Positions 1 to 13,239 are shown, counted from the stretch's first letter. The stretch: DNA of 64,000 nucleotides from Camelus dromedarius (GCF_036321535.1 NC_087437.1:53074001-53138000); one strand, 5' to 3'. Made by a program: numbers and translations. Notes: generated from the sequence alone by a model not told the origin.

Positions 1-88
1 TGTGGCTGTCTGAAAGCTGCCTGCATCTGAAATGTGAGCAGGAGTGGCGGGGGCGGGGGCGGAGCCCTGGCAGGGCAGCAGCACTTAC

Positions 89-181
89 CCGGGTGACGGG
101 GCAGATCGAAGTGGGCAGCAGAATATGGTCTCTGAGTTCCCCACCGTCACACAACGTTGACAATTCACATTTGCGGTGAAA
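89..181 (-). CDS. DGKG: DGKG exon 13 (93 nt): FHRKCELSTLCDGGELRDHILLPTSICPVTR, end of C1B
   Basis: Acceptor gctccag|TTT, donor CGG|GTAAGT. Confidence 0.97.
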
Positions 182-316
182 CTGGAGCGAAAAATGAAGA
201 TGAGTGTGAATGAAAGTCAAGGAAATGTCAAGTATGAGGGTTTGGAGATTTACTGGGGAGGCAGGCTGTTGAGTGCTCCTCCAAATCCTGATTCACTGTT
301 GGCTTTGGCAGTATAT

Positions 317-612
317 GAGAGAGAGAGAGAGAGAGGGAGACAGAGAGAAAGAGTGTGTGTGTGTGGTATGTGAGTGTGGTGTGTATGGTGTGTATGTTTA
401 AGTGTGTGGTGTGTGAGGGTGATGTGTGTGTAGTGTGTGGTTTGTGTGGCATGTGTGGTGTGTGTGTTTGAGTGTGTGGTGTGTAATGTGGATGGGGGTA
501 CGTGTGTGGTGTGTATGGTATGTGCTGTGCGTGTGGTGTGTATGATGTGTGTGGTGTGTGTGGTCTGTGGTACGGTATGTGTGGTGTGTGGTGTGTGGTG
601 TGTGGTGTGTGT
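317..612. repeat. Compound simple repeat: GA-rich (317-350) followed by degenerate (TG)n/GTGTGTG tract
   Basis: Directly visible low-complexity sequence. Confidence 0.95.
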
Positions 613-1397
613 CTGTCGTAAACAGAGGAAGGAGACCCAGTGCTGCCCAGGCAGCCGGGGCCAAACAGCCCCGAGCAGGTCTGTGGCCCGTCAGTGTGGC
701 AGCCCCACGTGGATTCCAGAGCCTGCCTTGGGTTTGCTCCCGAGGCTCTGAGACACTGGAAGGAAGGAGATCTTGTTGAAGAAACTCATGACAGGCTGGA
801 TTTGAACCCCACGATGCAACCTCTGCATTTTAAGAGTTCACAGTCTGATCTGGAGACACGTCCTTCTTGAGGCTGACGCCTGGTCAAGGGGACTAGACAT
901 GGCACTGGGCTTGCTTTGGAAGGCACGTCGGGCAGCTCCAGGTATCCAGGGAGGAAGCGGACACTCGCCTGCCTGGTGGCAGCAGGCACAGGCCTCTGGC
1001 CTGGGCAGTGGAGACTATCAAGAGTGCGCTTTCCTCTGATGCAGGGATTCTGGTGTCTAAAACCTCTCCCACTCTGTCAGCACCCTGGCCCTGGGTGACA
1101 TGCAGGCGAAGGAAGTCCATGGTCCAGCCTGCTGTTCACAGCTGCCTGGCCGTAACACCAGTGGATCGGCCAGCTTCTTCTCAAGCAGCCCACACTCCCC
1201 TGGTTCTGGGGGTGCTCTCTTCTGGGCAGCCTGGTGATTCACTGGAGGCTCCCAGACTTAGGGACTGAACAGGGGCTCTGAGCCCCCTTGCCTCTATCCT
1301 GTCCCCTGGCTCTGCTCATGCCCTCTGGCAGGATGTCCACAGCTTGAGCCAAAAACCACACTGAAAGGAAGCAGGGCTGCCCTGGGCGCCAACCCAC

Positions 1398-1514
1398 CGT
1401 CATCCGGCACCACACGCAGTGCCGCGCGGTGACACTCTGGTAGCACTTGATACTTTTGTGGCACCGGTCACACTTGACGGAGGAGTTCCCTTCCACCCAC
1501 GCGTGCTGCATCAC
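1398..1514 (-). CDS. DGKG: DGKG exon 12 (117 nt): [40 protein letters not shown]1B first part
   Basis: Acceptor ctgcag|GTG, donor ACG|GTGGGT; phase 0-0; contained in ORF 1239..1796. Confidence 0.98.
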
Positions 1515-1949
1515 CTGCAGGAGGGAAGGGAAGGATACCAGGAATGGCTGCAGAACTCGGCCCCTGGGCCCGGGGCCTGAGGAGAAGGGCCGGGGAGGAG
1601 CACAGGGCCTGGGCGGTGGGGAGGCGCGAGCGGGGTGGGCAGTGGCCAGAGAGGGTTGTTTCCTGTTTAGTGGACGCACTTGTTGATGCTGGGCTGCTTT
1701 GCTGAACTGCACTGCTGTGGTTGCTCCCTGCCTAACCGCTATCGTGCTAATCAAGGGGGATGAAAAGCCACTTTGCCTGCTCTTGAAGCAGTTCATTACC
1801 CCTGGCAGTCAAGCCTCGGAGCAGCATCTCGTCAGGCTGTCCGTCTGTCTTGCAGAACTCTTTGCAGAGGGATGTGCTTGTGGGCGCCCTCTTCTGGAAG
1901 GCAGCGCGATGCAGGGGAATGCGGGAGGGCTTGAGCAGCAGACAGAACT

Positions 1950-2090
1950 GGTTGGAGTCGCTGATCTTCCACTTCGCAGCAGGGTGACCTTTGGCCAGTT
2001 CCTGGACCTCTCTGAGTCTCAGGTCCCTCATCTGTATAAATTGGCAAAATAAGCCCCACCTCTAGGTTTGCTGGGAGGATTAAATAAGTC
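1950..2090 (+). mobile_element. MIR SINE fragment
   Basis: MIR core gtgacctttggccagtt...ctctgagtctcagg..cctcatctgtataaa. Confidence 0.75.
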
Positions 2091-2184
2091 GGCACGTTTG
2101 GAAGGACCTTCCTGGCACAGTTGCGGCCCTTGGGAAGTGCCCCTGAAGGGGAGCTCCCTTACCCCTTCTGTCTTCAAAGCGCCA

Positions 2185-2360
2185 GGGGCTCTCAGCCTTA
2201 GCAGCCCCTCAGGACCACCTAGGAAGCTTCTAGAAGTCCTAACGCCCAGCCCTCACTCCAGACCAAATAAATTAGAGTCTCTGGGGGATGAGATCTATCA
2301 TTCGTGTGTTTCAAAGCACGCTGAGTGATTGTAATACGCAGCCAAGGTTGAGAAGCACTC
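2185..2360. mobile_element. MER5-like hAT-Charlie MITE
   Basis: Ends gcagccaaggttgagaagcact; internal ccagaccaaataaattagagtctctggggg. Confidence 0.7.
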
Positions 2361-2944
2361 TGGAAGGAAGTTAAGAAAGAAAATCCAAAGGAGCCGGTGC
2401 AGGTCATCAGCCAGGGCCTCCACATTGTCCCCTGAAGAGCTGCTTGTACCTGCTTCTGGGCCAGGAGATGCCCCTAAGGCAGCCTAGGAACTTGGGAAGT
2501 AGGTGGGATGCATGTGTGTGTGTGTCTGTAAGTGCAAAGTTACCCATGACTCCAAATTCTGGGGGCCTCAGCCCCTCAGTCAATTCCCCCAGGAATTCTA
2601 TAGAACTTCTCAAAAAATTCCTACCAGGGTACCTCGAATAGCAGAAGGGGGTGGATATGGACTCTGGCGGAACATGGGGACATAGCCTGAAGTGCCACCT
2701 ACAAGCACAATATTAAAAACACATGGAATATTTGCATGATGCCCTCCATGTCTGCATTAGATAAATGTTTTAAGTTACTTATCAATTAAGTTTGTCTTCC
2801 TTCCACAAGGTTTTTGGTCAAATCGTTGCTCTAGAAGTTGTGTCACTTTTATTTCTCACCTTCTGCCATTCACCCCTGAAGGTAAAAAGAACCCAGCTTA
2901 CTAATCAATCTATCATCTACCTGGTCACATCATTTGCAACGGGA

Positions 2945-3070
2945 TTATTATTATTTGCATTTTACAGAGAAAAAAACGAGGCTTCAGAGAGGTTAAGTGA
3001 CTGGCCCTAGGTTGCAAGGCTGTTAAGTGGCCAAGCAGGGACTCATGGCCAGGTCTTCTGACTCCAAGTC
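2945..3070 (-). mobile_element. MIR SINE fragment
   Basis: cattttacagag...gaggcttcagagaggttaagtgactggccc (reverse MIR core). Confidence 0.8.
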
Positions 3071-4572
3071 CATAGTAATCTCCCAACACCACGTTGTCTT
3101 CTCCATCTTCTTCTGGGGTCGGAAGAGATGGTGAAGGACTTGGGCTGCCCCTGGAGACTCAGAAGGTCGTGAATGTGCCCTGCTGGCCACTCAGTGGTCT
3201 CCCTCTGTTCCAAGTGTGCCAACGGCTGGAGAGCAGGCTTAGGGCCTGAGCCCAGGAGGTGCAGCACAAGTCCTGGTGAAAAGCATGGACACGGAGAGGT
3301 GTGTATGGGCATGGTACTGAAGGAGACATGAGGCCATGCGGTGTCTCATGGGCATGCATGTGTGTCCTTGGAGGTGCCCTTCTTTCAGAGTTCTCCTGGA
3401 GAGGGCAGACACCACTCCCACGTGCTAACCATCTCCTGACTCAGACTCGTCTATGGGGTCTTCCCTCTGCAGCCACTCAGAGTGCCCTTCTCCTGCTAAC
3501 TGGAAGAAGAATCTATTTCCAGGCTCTGTGAATGGCATCCCCCAAATGGCCATGTTAAAAATCTGGTAGCCATTCTCCACATTTCCCCCTCTCTCATCGC
3601 CTACATCCTTATCACCAAGTCCTGGTGGTAGTATCTCCAAATTATCTCTCAAACTCCCCTTTTAGCCAGTGGGACAGTCAAAATACTCAGCAAATGGCAC
3701 GGCTGTGGGAGACGCACTCCGCACAGACACAGCCACCCCCGTGCTGCTGTGGACATATCAGAGCATAGCGGGTGAGTGCACCCTGCCCCAGTCAGGCCCT
3801 GAGTGCACTCTTGTTGCAAGTTTTTCCCCCACTCTGATCTGCTCTCTCTCCTGCACCCTGGTCAGAGCAATTAACCTTATTTGCAAACCCAGTTGTTTCT
3901 TCATGCGCTCAAAATTCTTCCAAGGCCCTTTAGCTGCATACGAAATTCCTTCCCAAAAACTCGCGTGGCCTCACAAGACCTTCCCCAGCCCAGTCACCCC
4001 AGTTTTGGAGCACATCTCCTGCCACTGCCCTTTAAGCATTCTCTATCCTGGTCATACCTAACCAGGTACAGATCCCAAAATAAGCCATGTCCCTACGCCA
4101 TTACACCCAAGGCTCTTCTAGCCTGGGTGCCTTGTCCTCCCTGATTCCTTATGAAATCCTCCTGATTTGGGTTCAAGACACAAGTCGAATGCCAGCTCCT
4201 TTATGAAAGCTTCCCTGCCCTGCCCTCCGTGGTGCCTCAAATGCACGCCGCGCACAGCCCTATTGCTACTGCTCATCTCACTGCTTTGGGCTTTGCTCTC
4301 GTGCCTGTCTCCCCCCACTGGACTGCACAGGCCTCCAGGCTGAGGACCACCTTTCAACCTCCATACCCCCTAGCACAGTGCCTGGTACTTGTGGGCACTG
4401 GGGAGATGCTGAATGGATTGATGGATGAACAAGATGGTTTCAGGGTGGTCCTCGAGGCACAGAAGGGACTGGATAAAGCTCCCAAAGCCCCTTCCTGCCT
4501 ACAAGTCTGTGGAGATGGACATGTTGCCTGGCACACAGCATGCGGGAGAACAAGGTAATAGGTGTCACCAAC

Positions 4573-4661
4573 CTCGCCGCCCCTTTTGGTTTTTGAGTAC
4601 GTTTTGACACACCCAGGTATGTTTTTGGATACACAGCGTTCGTGGACAGTGTATTTACAGT
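4573..4661 (-). CDS. DGKG: DGKG exon 11 (89 nt): (Y)CKYTVHERCVSKNIPGCVKTYSKTKRGGE, C1A second part
   Basis: Acceptor tttttcag|AC, donor GAG|GTTGGT. Confidence 0.97.
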
Positions 4662-6211
4662 CTGAAAAAAAAAAGAAAAGTGGCTGTGAGTCACCACCTA
4701 GGAAGGGTCAGCCACCCCTCACCCCCAGCCCTGTCCCCTCACTCTAGCTTGTGCCTCCCTCTGCGTGGCCAGTCTGGGGCAGGGGATGTACCCTGGAGCT
4801 GGCCTTGCCTAATGGAAAGTCGAAAGTCTCCAGTTGCTCACTGAGAAGAGCATCCACGGTTATCTCCCAGACATGCTCCTGCACCCTCCAGCCTGCCTAC
4901 CCCGCTGCCTCCCACCACGGGCAGTGAACGCAGCATGAAAACATGCCCAGAACATCGCTTTTGACTTCAGGAGAGGGTGAGGAGCCATCCTCCCAGGGAT
5001 GCTAGTGCCACAGTACTGAATGTCGGGATGTGGGGAGTGGACAGAAAGGCCAGGAGTCTTCCTACCTCTGGAGCCAGGCAGGCCTGGGCCCGAACTCCGG
5101 CCCCACCATCTGTAACTACCCATATGATCCAGGGTATGGTCCCTCACCACCCTGACATTCAGGGTTTTCTCCAAAATGGGAATAAAATTGCCTCTCTCTC
5201 TTTGTGGGCCCTTTGTGGCATTAAATGAGATAATCTGTACAAAGCACCATGTGTCTGGATCAGAACAGCTATTCCACAAATGACTCTCGTTGTTACTACT
5301 AGGCCAACAGCTGAGGCCCACAGGCATAGAACCCAAAAGGATCTATAATGAAAGCTGGATTTGAATGGGTGCTGGGAAGACTAGGGGCCCCTTCTTTTGC
5401 CTGCTGATGCCTGTCTTGGTGGACACCGGGCCTAGCTCTGCTAAGATGACTTTTGTGGCGGAGGTCGCCTGCTGCTGAGCTCCCGCGTGCATGCCACATG
5501 AAACTGTTTGGTGACCTGCCCCGTGCCCGAGGGCCCCTCTGCCTGCAGCAGCAGCTCCCCACTCTCAGGTGGGTCCAGGCTGAATGCTTGCTGTCTGTAT
5601 TCTGGGGTGGTTGGCAGGACTCTGCACCCACATACCCGGGCCCTGCAAAGTCTTCTTGCTGCAGCCCCTCCCCGCCTCCTGCTCCCTGAATCTACCTCCT
5701 TTCTTATACCACCCCTTCCTTCCATCTTTCTTTTGTTCTCCTTTCCAGCCTCCCTCCCTCCTTTTCCACGTGTGTTTTTCCCTCCTCTCCACTCTGACTT
5801 TACTAAATGGGTTATAAGGTGAAACAAAAAATTTTAATTTCCATTGCATTTATGAATATAATTGCATATTAATTAAAAAAACCCAGGTTCTCCTGACCAC
5901 CTAAAACAGTCACAAGCAAAACCCAATTGAAATTCATATGAGATGCTTTTTAATTTCACATGAATCTGAATAACTTTTTTCTAGGGATTCAGTGGCCCAT
6001 GACGGGAATCCAATAGGACAATATTCGTCCATTTGACTTGGGTAGAACACAAATAGGACATGGGGGTCTCACTTTACTTCCTGCTGTTGGAACAATATGG
6101 CAGGCCCCTCAAGCTAAGAAGCAGAGATGCCTAGACTTTCTCGGCAATGGCTTATCCATGTGCAGAGCAAGAGAGTGCCTGGGGAAGGGGGTTTGAAGGA
6201 AGGTTACTCAC

Positions 6212-6329
6212 AAATGCAGCACAGGCCTTGCTTCCGAACACCCATCAGCATGATGTGACAGAAGTTGCAGTAGGTTGGTTTCTTGAAATGCTTCAAGGTC
6301 CAGGAGTGCCTTCCGTCCCCCTTGGAGCC
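6212..6329 (-). CDS. DGKG: DGKG exon 10 (118 nt): GSKGDGRHSWTLKHFKKPTYCNFCHIMLMGVRKQGLCCI(Y), C1A first part
   Basis: Acceptor ccctgcag|GGC, donor T|GTGAGT; with exon 11 gives HX12CX2CX13CX2CX4HX2CX7C. Confidence 0.98.
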
Positions 6330-6544
6330 CTGCAGGGACAGCAAGGGAATGAGACGCTGAGTAGGCAGCCCCACGGGGGCAGGAGCCAGGGGCCGCCTCC
6401 TGCATGGCCTCTTTTTCCTAAAAAGAGTCTCTTCTCATATTTGAAAGACAAGTTATTCCTTTATTTTACTGTCGTATGGACTCTTTTAATAGAAATGCAA
6501 ATCAAAACAAAATTCTTTGTGCGTGTGTGGTTTCTAAAATAAGC

Positions 6545-6589
6545 AAATATTAACAATTAGGAATATAAAATATTAACAATTAGGAATAT
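6545..6589. repeat. 23-bp tandem duplication (AAATATTAACAATTAGGAATATA x2)
   Basis: Two adjacent identical copies; the second lacks the last base. Confidence 0.95.
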
Positions 6590-9500
6590 CTGAGTGGAGT
6601 CTGTGTGGAGGGGATAAAATTAGCCCTCGCCTGCATGGCTGGTGGAAGTGGGAATCAGAACGAACTTCTTTCTTTCTCTTTCTCTTTCTTTCATCTGTTA
6701 TCTACCAATCATCCATCTATCTGTCTAGCTATCTACCTACCTACCTACCTATCTCAAGGTCATTTAAATGTTTATGATCTTCAACTTATAAATTTCCATT
6801 CCTGGAGTCTATCGAAATCGTTTTTGAAAGCTAGATGAGCACTTCTGTGCCCCGTCAGATGTAATAACTCAGCATTATTTACAGTAATGAAAAACTGAAA
6901 GTATCCTAAAGGCCTCAAAATGGCCAAAAGGTCGGAGGTCCATCTGTATGACTCCAGGTTAAGTGGCCATCAAAGAGGTTTTACAAGACAATGGAATAGC
7001 TTGGGAATGTGCTCATGGCACAGTGCTGAGTAAAAAAAGCCAGAATGCAAATTTGATGATATATTATTATCTTGGTTTTATACAATAATATCTTGGATGG
7101 GAAAAATGTCACCAAACTGTTGGCAGAAGTTAGCTATAGCTAGTGGCACTCTGGATTTATTTTACTCTCTAATTTCTACTTTCTTCTGTATTATCCAAAT
7201 TTTCTACAGTGAGTATGTACTCAAAAATAGCTTAGTAATGTATTCTCTCATCAACTTTCTGTACACAGATAAAACAGCAAAGAGACAGAGACAGAGAGAG
7301 GGTTAAGCCACTTCCTCCTGACTTGGCTCAGAAGGGAACCCAACCTTTTCCAGCAGAGAAGCCAAGCCTCACATAGTCACACACCTTCCCTGGACACTGA
7401 AGCGCCCACCTTCTAGCCCCTGGGAGTGCAGCCTCGCTGAGGGCTGTGCTTCAGAAACCTCCCTCCACATACAGGGTCCCTGAACCTTTGTCATAGGCTC
7501 CACCAGAAGAGTAACACTCTTGGGCTGATCTCAAGGGTAGTGAAAAGCGCTGGAAGGTGATAAAGATCGAGAGTCAGGTACACGGAGTCCAACGTGCTGG
7601 ATTGAAACCCACGTCTTACTCCCGGGCCCCTCTGGTTTGGGCTGGTCATGGCAGCCAGATTCATCCCTGTGCTCACTCCCGTTCCAGTGGTCTCTAGAGG
7701 GGCCCATGTGCTTCTCCAGATGCTGGTCTCCTCCCAGGGCCAGGATAAGCTCTTTTCTTCTTCCCACCTCTGAACCCTGCTGCTTCCCAAACCTGAGTTT
7801 TACAGAATTGAAGCCTTTGTATCTATGGCTTCTACTTTCGTAAATGGGTTCACTAAGTGATGAAATGATTCATTAAAAGTTCGAGTCATTCATTCCTCTG
7901 ACAAACATCAACCTCAAGGGATGTCTGTAAGAATTAAATGAAATAATATAAGTGACGCTCCTAATCCAGTGCCTGACACGTTGTAAATGAAAACTTTCAG
8001 CAAGTTCCTACTCCACGCTAAACAGGGGAACACAAAAATAAGCTCACAGTGTTGTCCTATGTGTAAGGAGATAGACACACACCTTGTCTAGAAATGAATC
8101 AGGGAAGTTACATAAACAATAGCTCAAGGCCACACAAATGATACCCAGCCGGTGGTCACCCTGGGGGCTCTTGCTGGCCTGCGAGCCCATGCTCCTTCCA
8201 TGCCCCTCCTCTACCTCCACAGACCAGGGTTTTCCTTCGTGGACAGAATAGAAATTATAGTCCTAGCAGACCAGCTCCTTCTTCATGCAGCCCAAAGGAC
8301 GGTCATCTGACCTGAAAATACCTTTATTAGCGAAATCGATTAGCTGACTCTTGCTTTCCCAGATAGTATTTTCATGGATGCAGGGTAAGTGGCAAAGGGA
8401 CCCTGACCCAGGATGAAGTTAACATTTCTGCTTGGGTTATAGCGCCATCGTGTGGCTCTTTCATTTCTGCACGTGGGAGGCCGCAGGGCGTGGGAGTCAC
8501 CTTCCTTGTGCATGCCAGGTTTTATGCTGAAGCTGCAGTTTCCCTGGGAGACAGATCATTTCTCATATACCCCATTCAGAGATCCCCAGACTTTTCAGTG
8601 GCCATATGTGGGTTTTGAAAAAAGCCAAACAAGCAATGTGACTTTTAAGACACTGAGGAATGTTTTCTCTAGTACCAAAATATTACATGTAAAAACTTTT
8701 AATTCAGTGCATATTTTCAAATAAACACATAAAAAATTTCATTATTAAAAACCAAACACATATTTGCTTTTTGTTTGCATTTCCCTGATATAAAATACGG
8801 TTTTCTTTTCTTTTTTTTTTAAAGTATGGTTTTCTAGAAGGCTGATCTGGCATAGGGGGGAGACACTGGGGAGAATGTTAAAGAAACTGTCTCTCCCTCT
8901 TCCAGCCATAAAACAGGGGGATCCTCTCCAAGCAAAGGGCTGGTGGCACTTTGGTCTCAGCAAGTCCAAAATAGGAACTAGAACTAGAAATTGGTTCCTT
9001 GTGATTAAAATCTCTCATTTCTATTCTCATGTTTCAGAGAAAAAACAGGTGTGTTGAAACAGCACTCAAGCAGAACTTCCACTCTCAGGCAGATATAATC
9101 TTGAGGCGTGATAGCTGGAAGTATATCTTACTTATCTGAGCACTCCCAGGTCCTAGCTGACGGGGGCTCTTGCACACAGTAGGTTCTTGGTAAGGAATCA
9201 CTGCATGAGAAGTCTGCTGTTACTGAATATGGAAGGTGGCCTCTGGTACTAACTAGGTGTATGTCCATGGGCAGGCACTGTTACCTCTCTGGACCTCAGT
9301 ATGAAAAATCAAGGGGGTAAATCAGGGATCACCAAGGTCTCTTCCAACTCTGACCTCCTAGGGTTTTAAGAAGGGAACAAAAAGGGAGTGTGTAGATCCT
9401 GGTTCCTTGATTTCTAATTAGCACTTGGGAAGAACTGGACAGGCTGTGAGATAACTGCAGGATTCTTAGTCTCCTTGAGTGCTGGGAATGAAGGCTCAGC

Positions 9501-10624
9501 TTTAGTCCTGAATTGCAGAACCGTCAGATGGACACATTACGGGCAAGAATGTCAGCTAGAGGCTGACCCCCTGAGCTTCCTGTTCTGTTCCTCTCTCTTG
9601 ACTCCGTACTCTCAAACAGATGCTGTCACGCAACTTGTGTGACTTGGCCTGGTAAGTGCTAACGTCACCATTTGTACTTCTAGTTTTTAATCTTTCCTAC
9701 CTCGTGTATGGAAGCTACTTCTCATGGTAAATAAGCAGACTAGGTCAGATGCAGGCACATGCAACCAGCAATTTCACACTAAACCTCTACATGTATTTCC
9801 TAGGCTGATCGCACTGGGAAGTTTGATACATCCTGAACTTTCTTCCATTTGGACCTTTGATCAAGCTATTCTTCTGGCCACAAACTCTCTCTTCTACCAT
9901 CCAAATCACACCCATCCTTGAGAGCCAGATCAAATATCCTAGGCCCTTCCACTTGCTGTTTATCTCAAGACTGGGATATCAGAATCCCACGCATCCTTCA
10001 GAGTCAGGGCAGACACCCTCCACGGTTTCTTCCACCGGGCTCACTCCTAAGTGTGGGGCATTAGAAAGTGCAGATTTTGGAGTCAAGTACAAATAAATGC
10101 TGGCTCTTCCCCTGGCTCTCCTGGCTCAGAATCTCAGTTTTCCGTCTGTATGAATGGGTAAAAAAGATAATCTACCTCATCTGGTTGTTTTGATTGTTAA
10201 AGAAGATATCATAATTTAACACATTCACCTCAGATCAGAATTTTTTTCTTCCTTTCTTCCTTTCCTTTTTTCCTTCCTCAACTCTCAGCATTTTTAAACC
10301 AAACGTGTAGAAAAGATGGAATTCTTCTTTGAATGTTTTCCGGCCTTGGCCTGGCTGAGCATAAGCTTCCGGTGGGTGAATATTGTATCTGTGTCCCCTT
10401 GCAGCCCTCAGAACAGTATCTTTATTTAGTAATGATTGAATAAATGCTTGTCAAATTAATGAATGTATTTCAGGTACTATTAAGTAAAAAGAGAGGACTT
10501 TGGGGCTGGCCTAGAGAATATGGGGTTTCCATTGTCTGGGGCAGAAGCCAAGCATATTGACCTCCACATGGAGCCTGATGTTTCTGAAAGGCAAGAGATG
10601 TTTGAGCTCAAGCTTGCCACTTAC

Positions 10625-10747
10625 AGAGTCGTCCATGCCCAGGAGGACCAGCAATGGGATGGTGGTCATCCCTCCGTGGACCCACTCCTGGAGAGACACA
10701 AAGCCGTCCCGGTCGTAGTCCATCCCTTGTAACATCTCCTTCAGTAT
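10625..10747 (-). CDS. DGKG: DGKG exon 9 (123 nt): [43 protein letters not shown]-hand 2
   Basis: Acceptor ttccgcag|ATA, donor [23 protein letters not shown]-hand loop; contained in ORF 10511..10768. Confidence 0.98.
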
Positions 10748-10899
10748 CTGCGGAATCCACAGAGCCACAGACTTTCATCCTCGACCTCTCTGTGCCCTCC
10801 CCTCCCTCTTCTTTCTCTTTTGTTCTGTGTTTTCTGGCTTGTGTTTTCCCCCTTTTCCCTATGACTCAGAGTGAGTGGAGCAGGGAGGAAGCAAATGCA

Positions 10900-11115
10900 G
10901 GTGAGGAGAACAGGGTTCCAGGCCTGGCTCTGCCCCGTCCTAACTAACTCTGTGACCTTGGGCAAGCCACTCCGACTGTCTGGGTCCTGCTTTGCTCATC
11001 TGTAAAATGCAACTAGCGTGGCTATGTTTGCAGCACTGTAGTGAGGATTAGAGAAAACGTATATAAAATGCCAAAGAGAATATCAGACTCACAGAAGCCC
11101 TCAAATATAATTATT
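10900..11115 (+). mobile_element. MIR SINE
   Basis: ctgtgaccttgggcaagccact...ctcatctgtaaaatg...gtgaggattag. Confidence 0.85.
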
Positions 11116-11465
11116 ATTAATATTATCTACAATTAATAATATCATTAATATTAGTATTATCTGATGATTGAGAAAAACCTTTAAAATTCTTTCTAGCTCT
11201 TAATTCTTTGATCCATGAACTGTTACAAATATTTAGCTCTGGTGAAAAAATTAGGGGTACTACTAGGTATTTGATCTAGTCTACATTTTTCCCTGCTGCC
11301 TCTAATTTTTCCTGTCAGAGAAGTGGAAGGTCCAAGTGTAGGACCCCAGGGAAGCCGCCTGTAAGATGAGTCTGGGAGAGCCTTGCACAGTAAACATTTG
11401 TTTCCAACTCCCCCTCTCATCTTGGAAGCTCACTTAGAAGACACCCCATGCTTCTGGAAACTCAC

Positions 11466-11540
11466 AGGCCTTAGCTCCGTGGGATCCCACTCGAGATACT
11501 GGGCAATGTGCAGCATTTGGTTGACGATATGATCCATCTC
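11466..11540 (-). CDS. DGKG: DGKG exon 8 (75 nt): EMDHIVNQMLHIAQYLEWDPTELRP
   Basis: Acceptor ttttctag|GAG, donor CCT|GTGAGT. Confidence 0.97.
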
Positions 11541-13239
11541 CTAGAAAACATCAAGGGGAGAAGCCAACTGAAGATGTGTTTTCAAGAGCAAGACTCAAAA
11601 TCCAACCCCGTGGGAAGATGGGCAGGGCGGGGTGAGAAGCAGCTGCTGCCAGATACTGGCCTTTCATCACAAGCTCACTGTTTTTGCTCTTTATTTCTGC
11701 CTTGACCACAAAGCTCAGCAGAGAGTAGCTGCTCACAAGCAGCACAGACCGTGGATGAGCCAGAGATCCGCAGAAAGCTCACTGAACACTGACCTCCTCC
11801 TGGACCCACCTGCACCCACCTTCCTTCCCCTATTCTGTGCTTTCACTTAGAATAGAAAGCACTCCTGTTTTCTCCTTCTTTGTGATCGTAGCTCCCACAA
11901 ATACTTACAAACCAAGACACTTCTCTCCTCCCCCTTTCCCCACACCTCATTCTCACAGCTTTAGCAACTTGGGATCCATCTCTACCCCTGAGGGGTCAGT
12001 GTCAGTTGGATGTAGGGCCACTGTGTTGGTCCCTTCTCAGGCACTATGATTCAGATTCCTTTTGGCATCTCCTTTGTTTCCTTTGTATCATATCCAGCCC
12101 CGAGCCCAGGATTCTGGGAACAGGAAATTCATGAAGGGTATGTTTGCCTAATGAGTGAGCCTTTTGTTTGGTTCCAAGGCCAGGCTCCATCTAAAATCTC
12201 ACAGAATTGTTGGATGCTAATGAATCAGTGCACTGAGAGTCCCACTGAAACATACTGGACCAAGGAAGCATTTGCATGTCTTGGGCACCACCTAAGATAG
12301 TTCATAGTAAGGTTGATTTGGGGATACACATTGGAGAACTGAAGCAAGGTTTAAATTCTTCCACGAGGTAGAATGCTAGGTCAAAACAAGCATGCTAAAA
12401 CCTAACAGGGATTTTTAAAAATTGTATTTCATTTAAATTAGAAACTAACCCATTGCAAAACTGCAGATGAGGCAGTAGACAGGGGTAAGGAAGTGGGCAG
12501 AGAGGTGGGCATAGGGGTTGGCAGAAGTTCCAACAGAAAAGAGCTTGTGAATCTGGTTAAGTCCCAGATTCAACGTGAGAAAACAGTGTGATTCAGGAAT
12601 AAGACTCAATCTCGGGCTGTGTAAATGGGCGGGCATTTTCAGGAAGCAGAGCGGGAAGGTTTCAGGAAGAATTAGTTCCTCAGATGTGGATACTTAAAGC
12701 ATCTTGGAGGAGTGGGTTCAGTCCTGTGCCTTATATTAAGAATGGCATTGACAAATCAGAGCTTGGCCAGAGTGGATAGTTAAGCCTGCTTTATTAGGAA
12801 CAGTGTAGGAATTAGGAAATTTGAGCTTGAAAAAGATTTTAGGGAAGATGTGATAGTACTGTCCAATACGCGAATGCCTATTGTATAGAATTGGTATTCT
12901 ATCGGTCAGCTGTCCTGGTCAGCCACAGAGGGCAGAAGTGAGCTGAGGATGGAGGGAAGGAGGATTTGAGGGTTGGCCTATTTTGATCTCTCTATTGAGT
13001 TGGGGGACGGGGAGGGGAGGATATACTCAGTTTTTGTATTGAAGATTTCCCTGCCAGACCACAGATGCGTCTTGGGCAGGGAGCACACCCTCTCTAACAG
13101 TCATCCACAGCAGAGGAGCAGCTATTCTAAGGTAGGGGATGAACTCCCCGTTACTGGGAGTGTTAACAAACAGACTGGGCATCCAACCGCCAGGGAGTTT
13201 TGGTGGGATGTTGAAAGAGAGGACTATTTTGAGACTCAC

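Noticed and set aside
40..70. GC-box or G-quadruplex-like run ggcgggggcgggggcgg
   Set aside because: Only two long G-tracts, intronic next to a donor site, no promoter context.
176..779. His/Thr-rich and Val/Cys-rich ORFs (228..452, 398..664, 437..751, 549..779)
   Set aside because: Translations of the TG/CA repeat, which lacks stop codons; not genes.
1239..1796. 185-aa minus-strand ORF
   Set aside because: Only the 39 codons of exon 12 are coding; the rest is open intron.
6480..8800. Inverted similarity between about 6490-6540 and about 8745-8785 (gaaatgcaaa..caaaa...tgtg.ttggttt)
   Set aside because: Short, AT-rich and gapped; probably two old DNA-transposon relics or chance.
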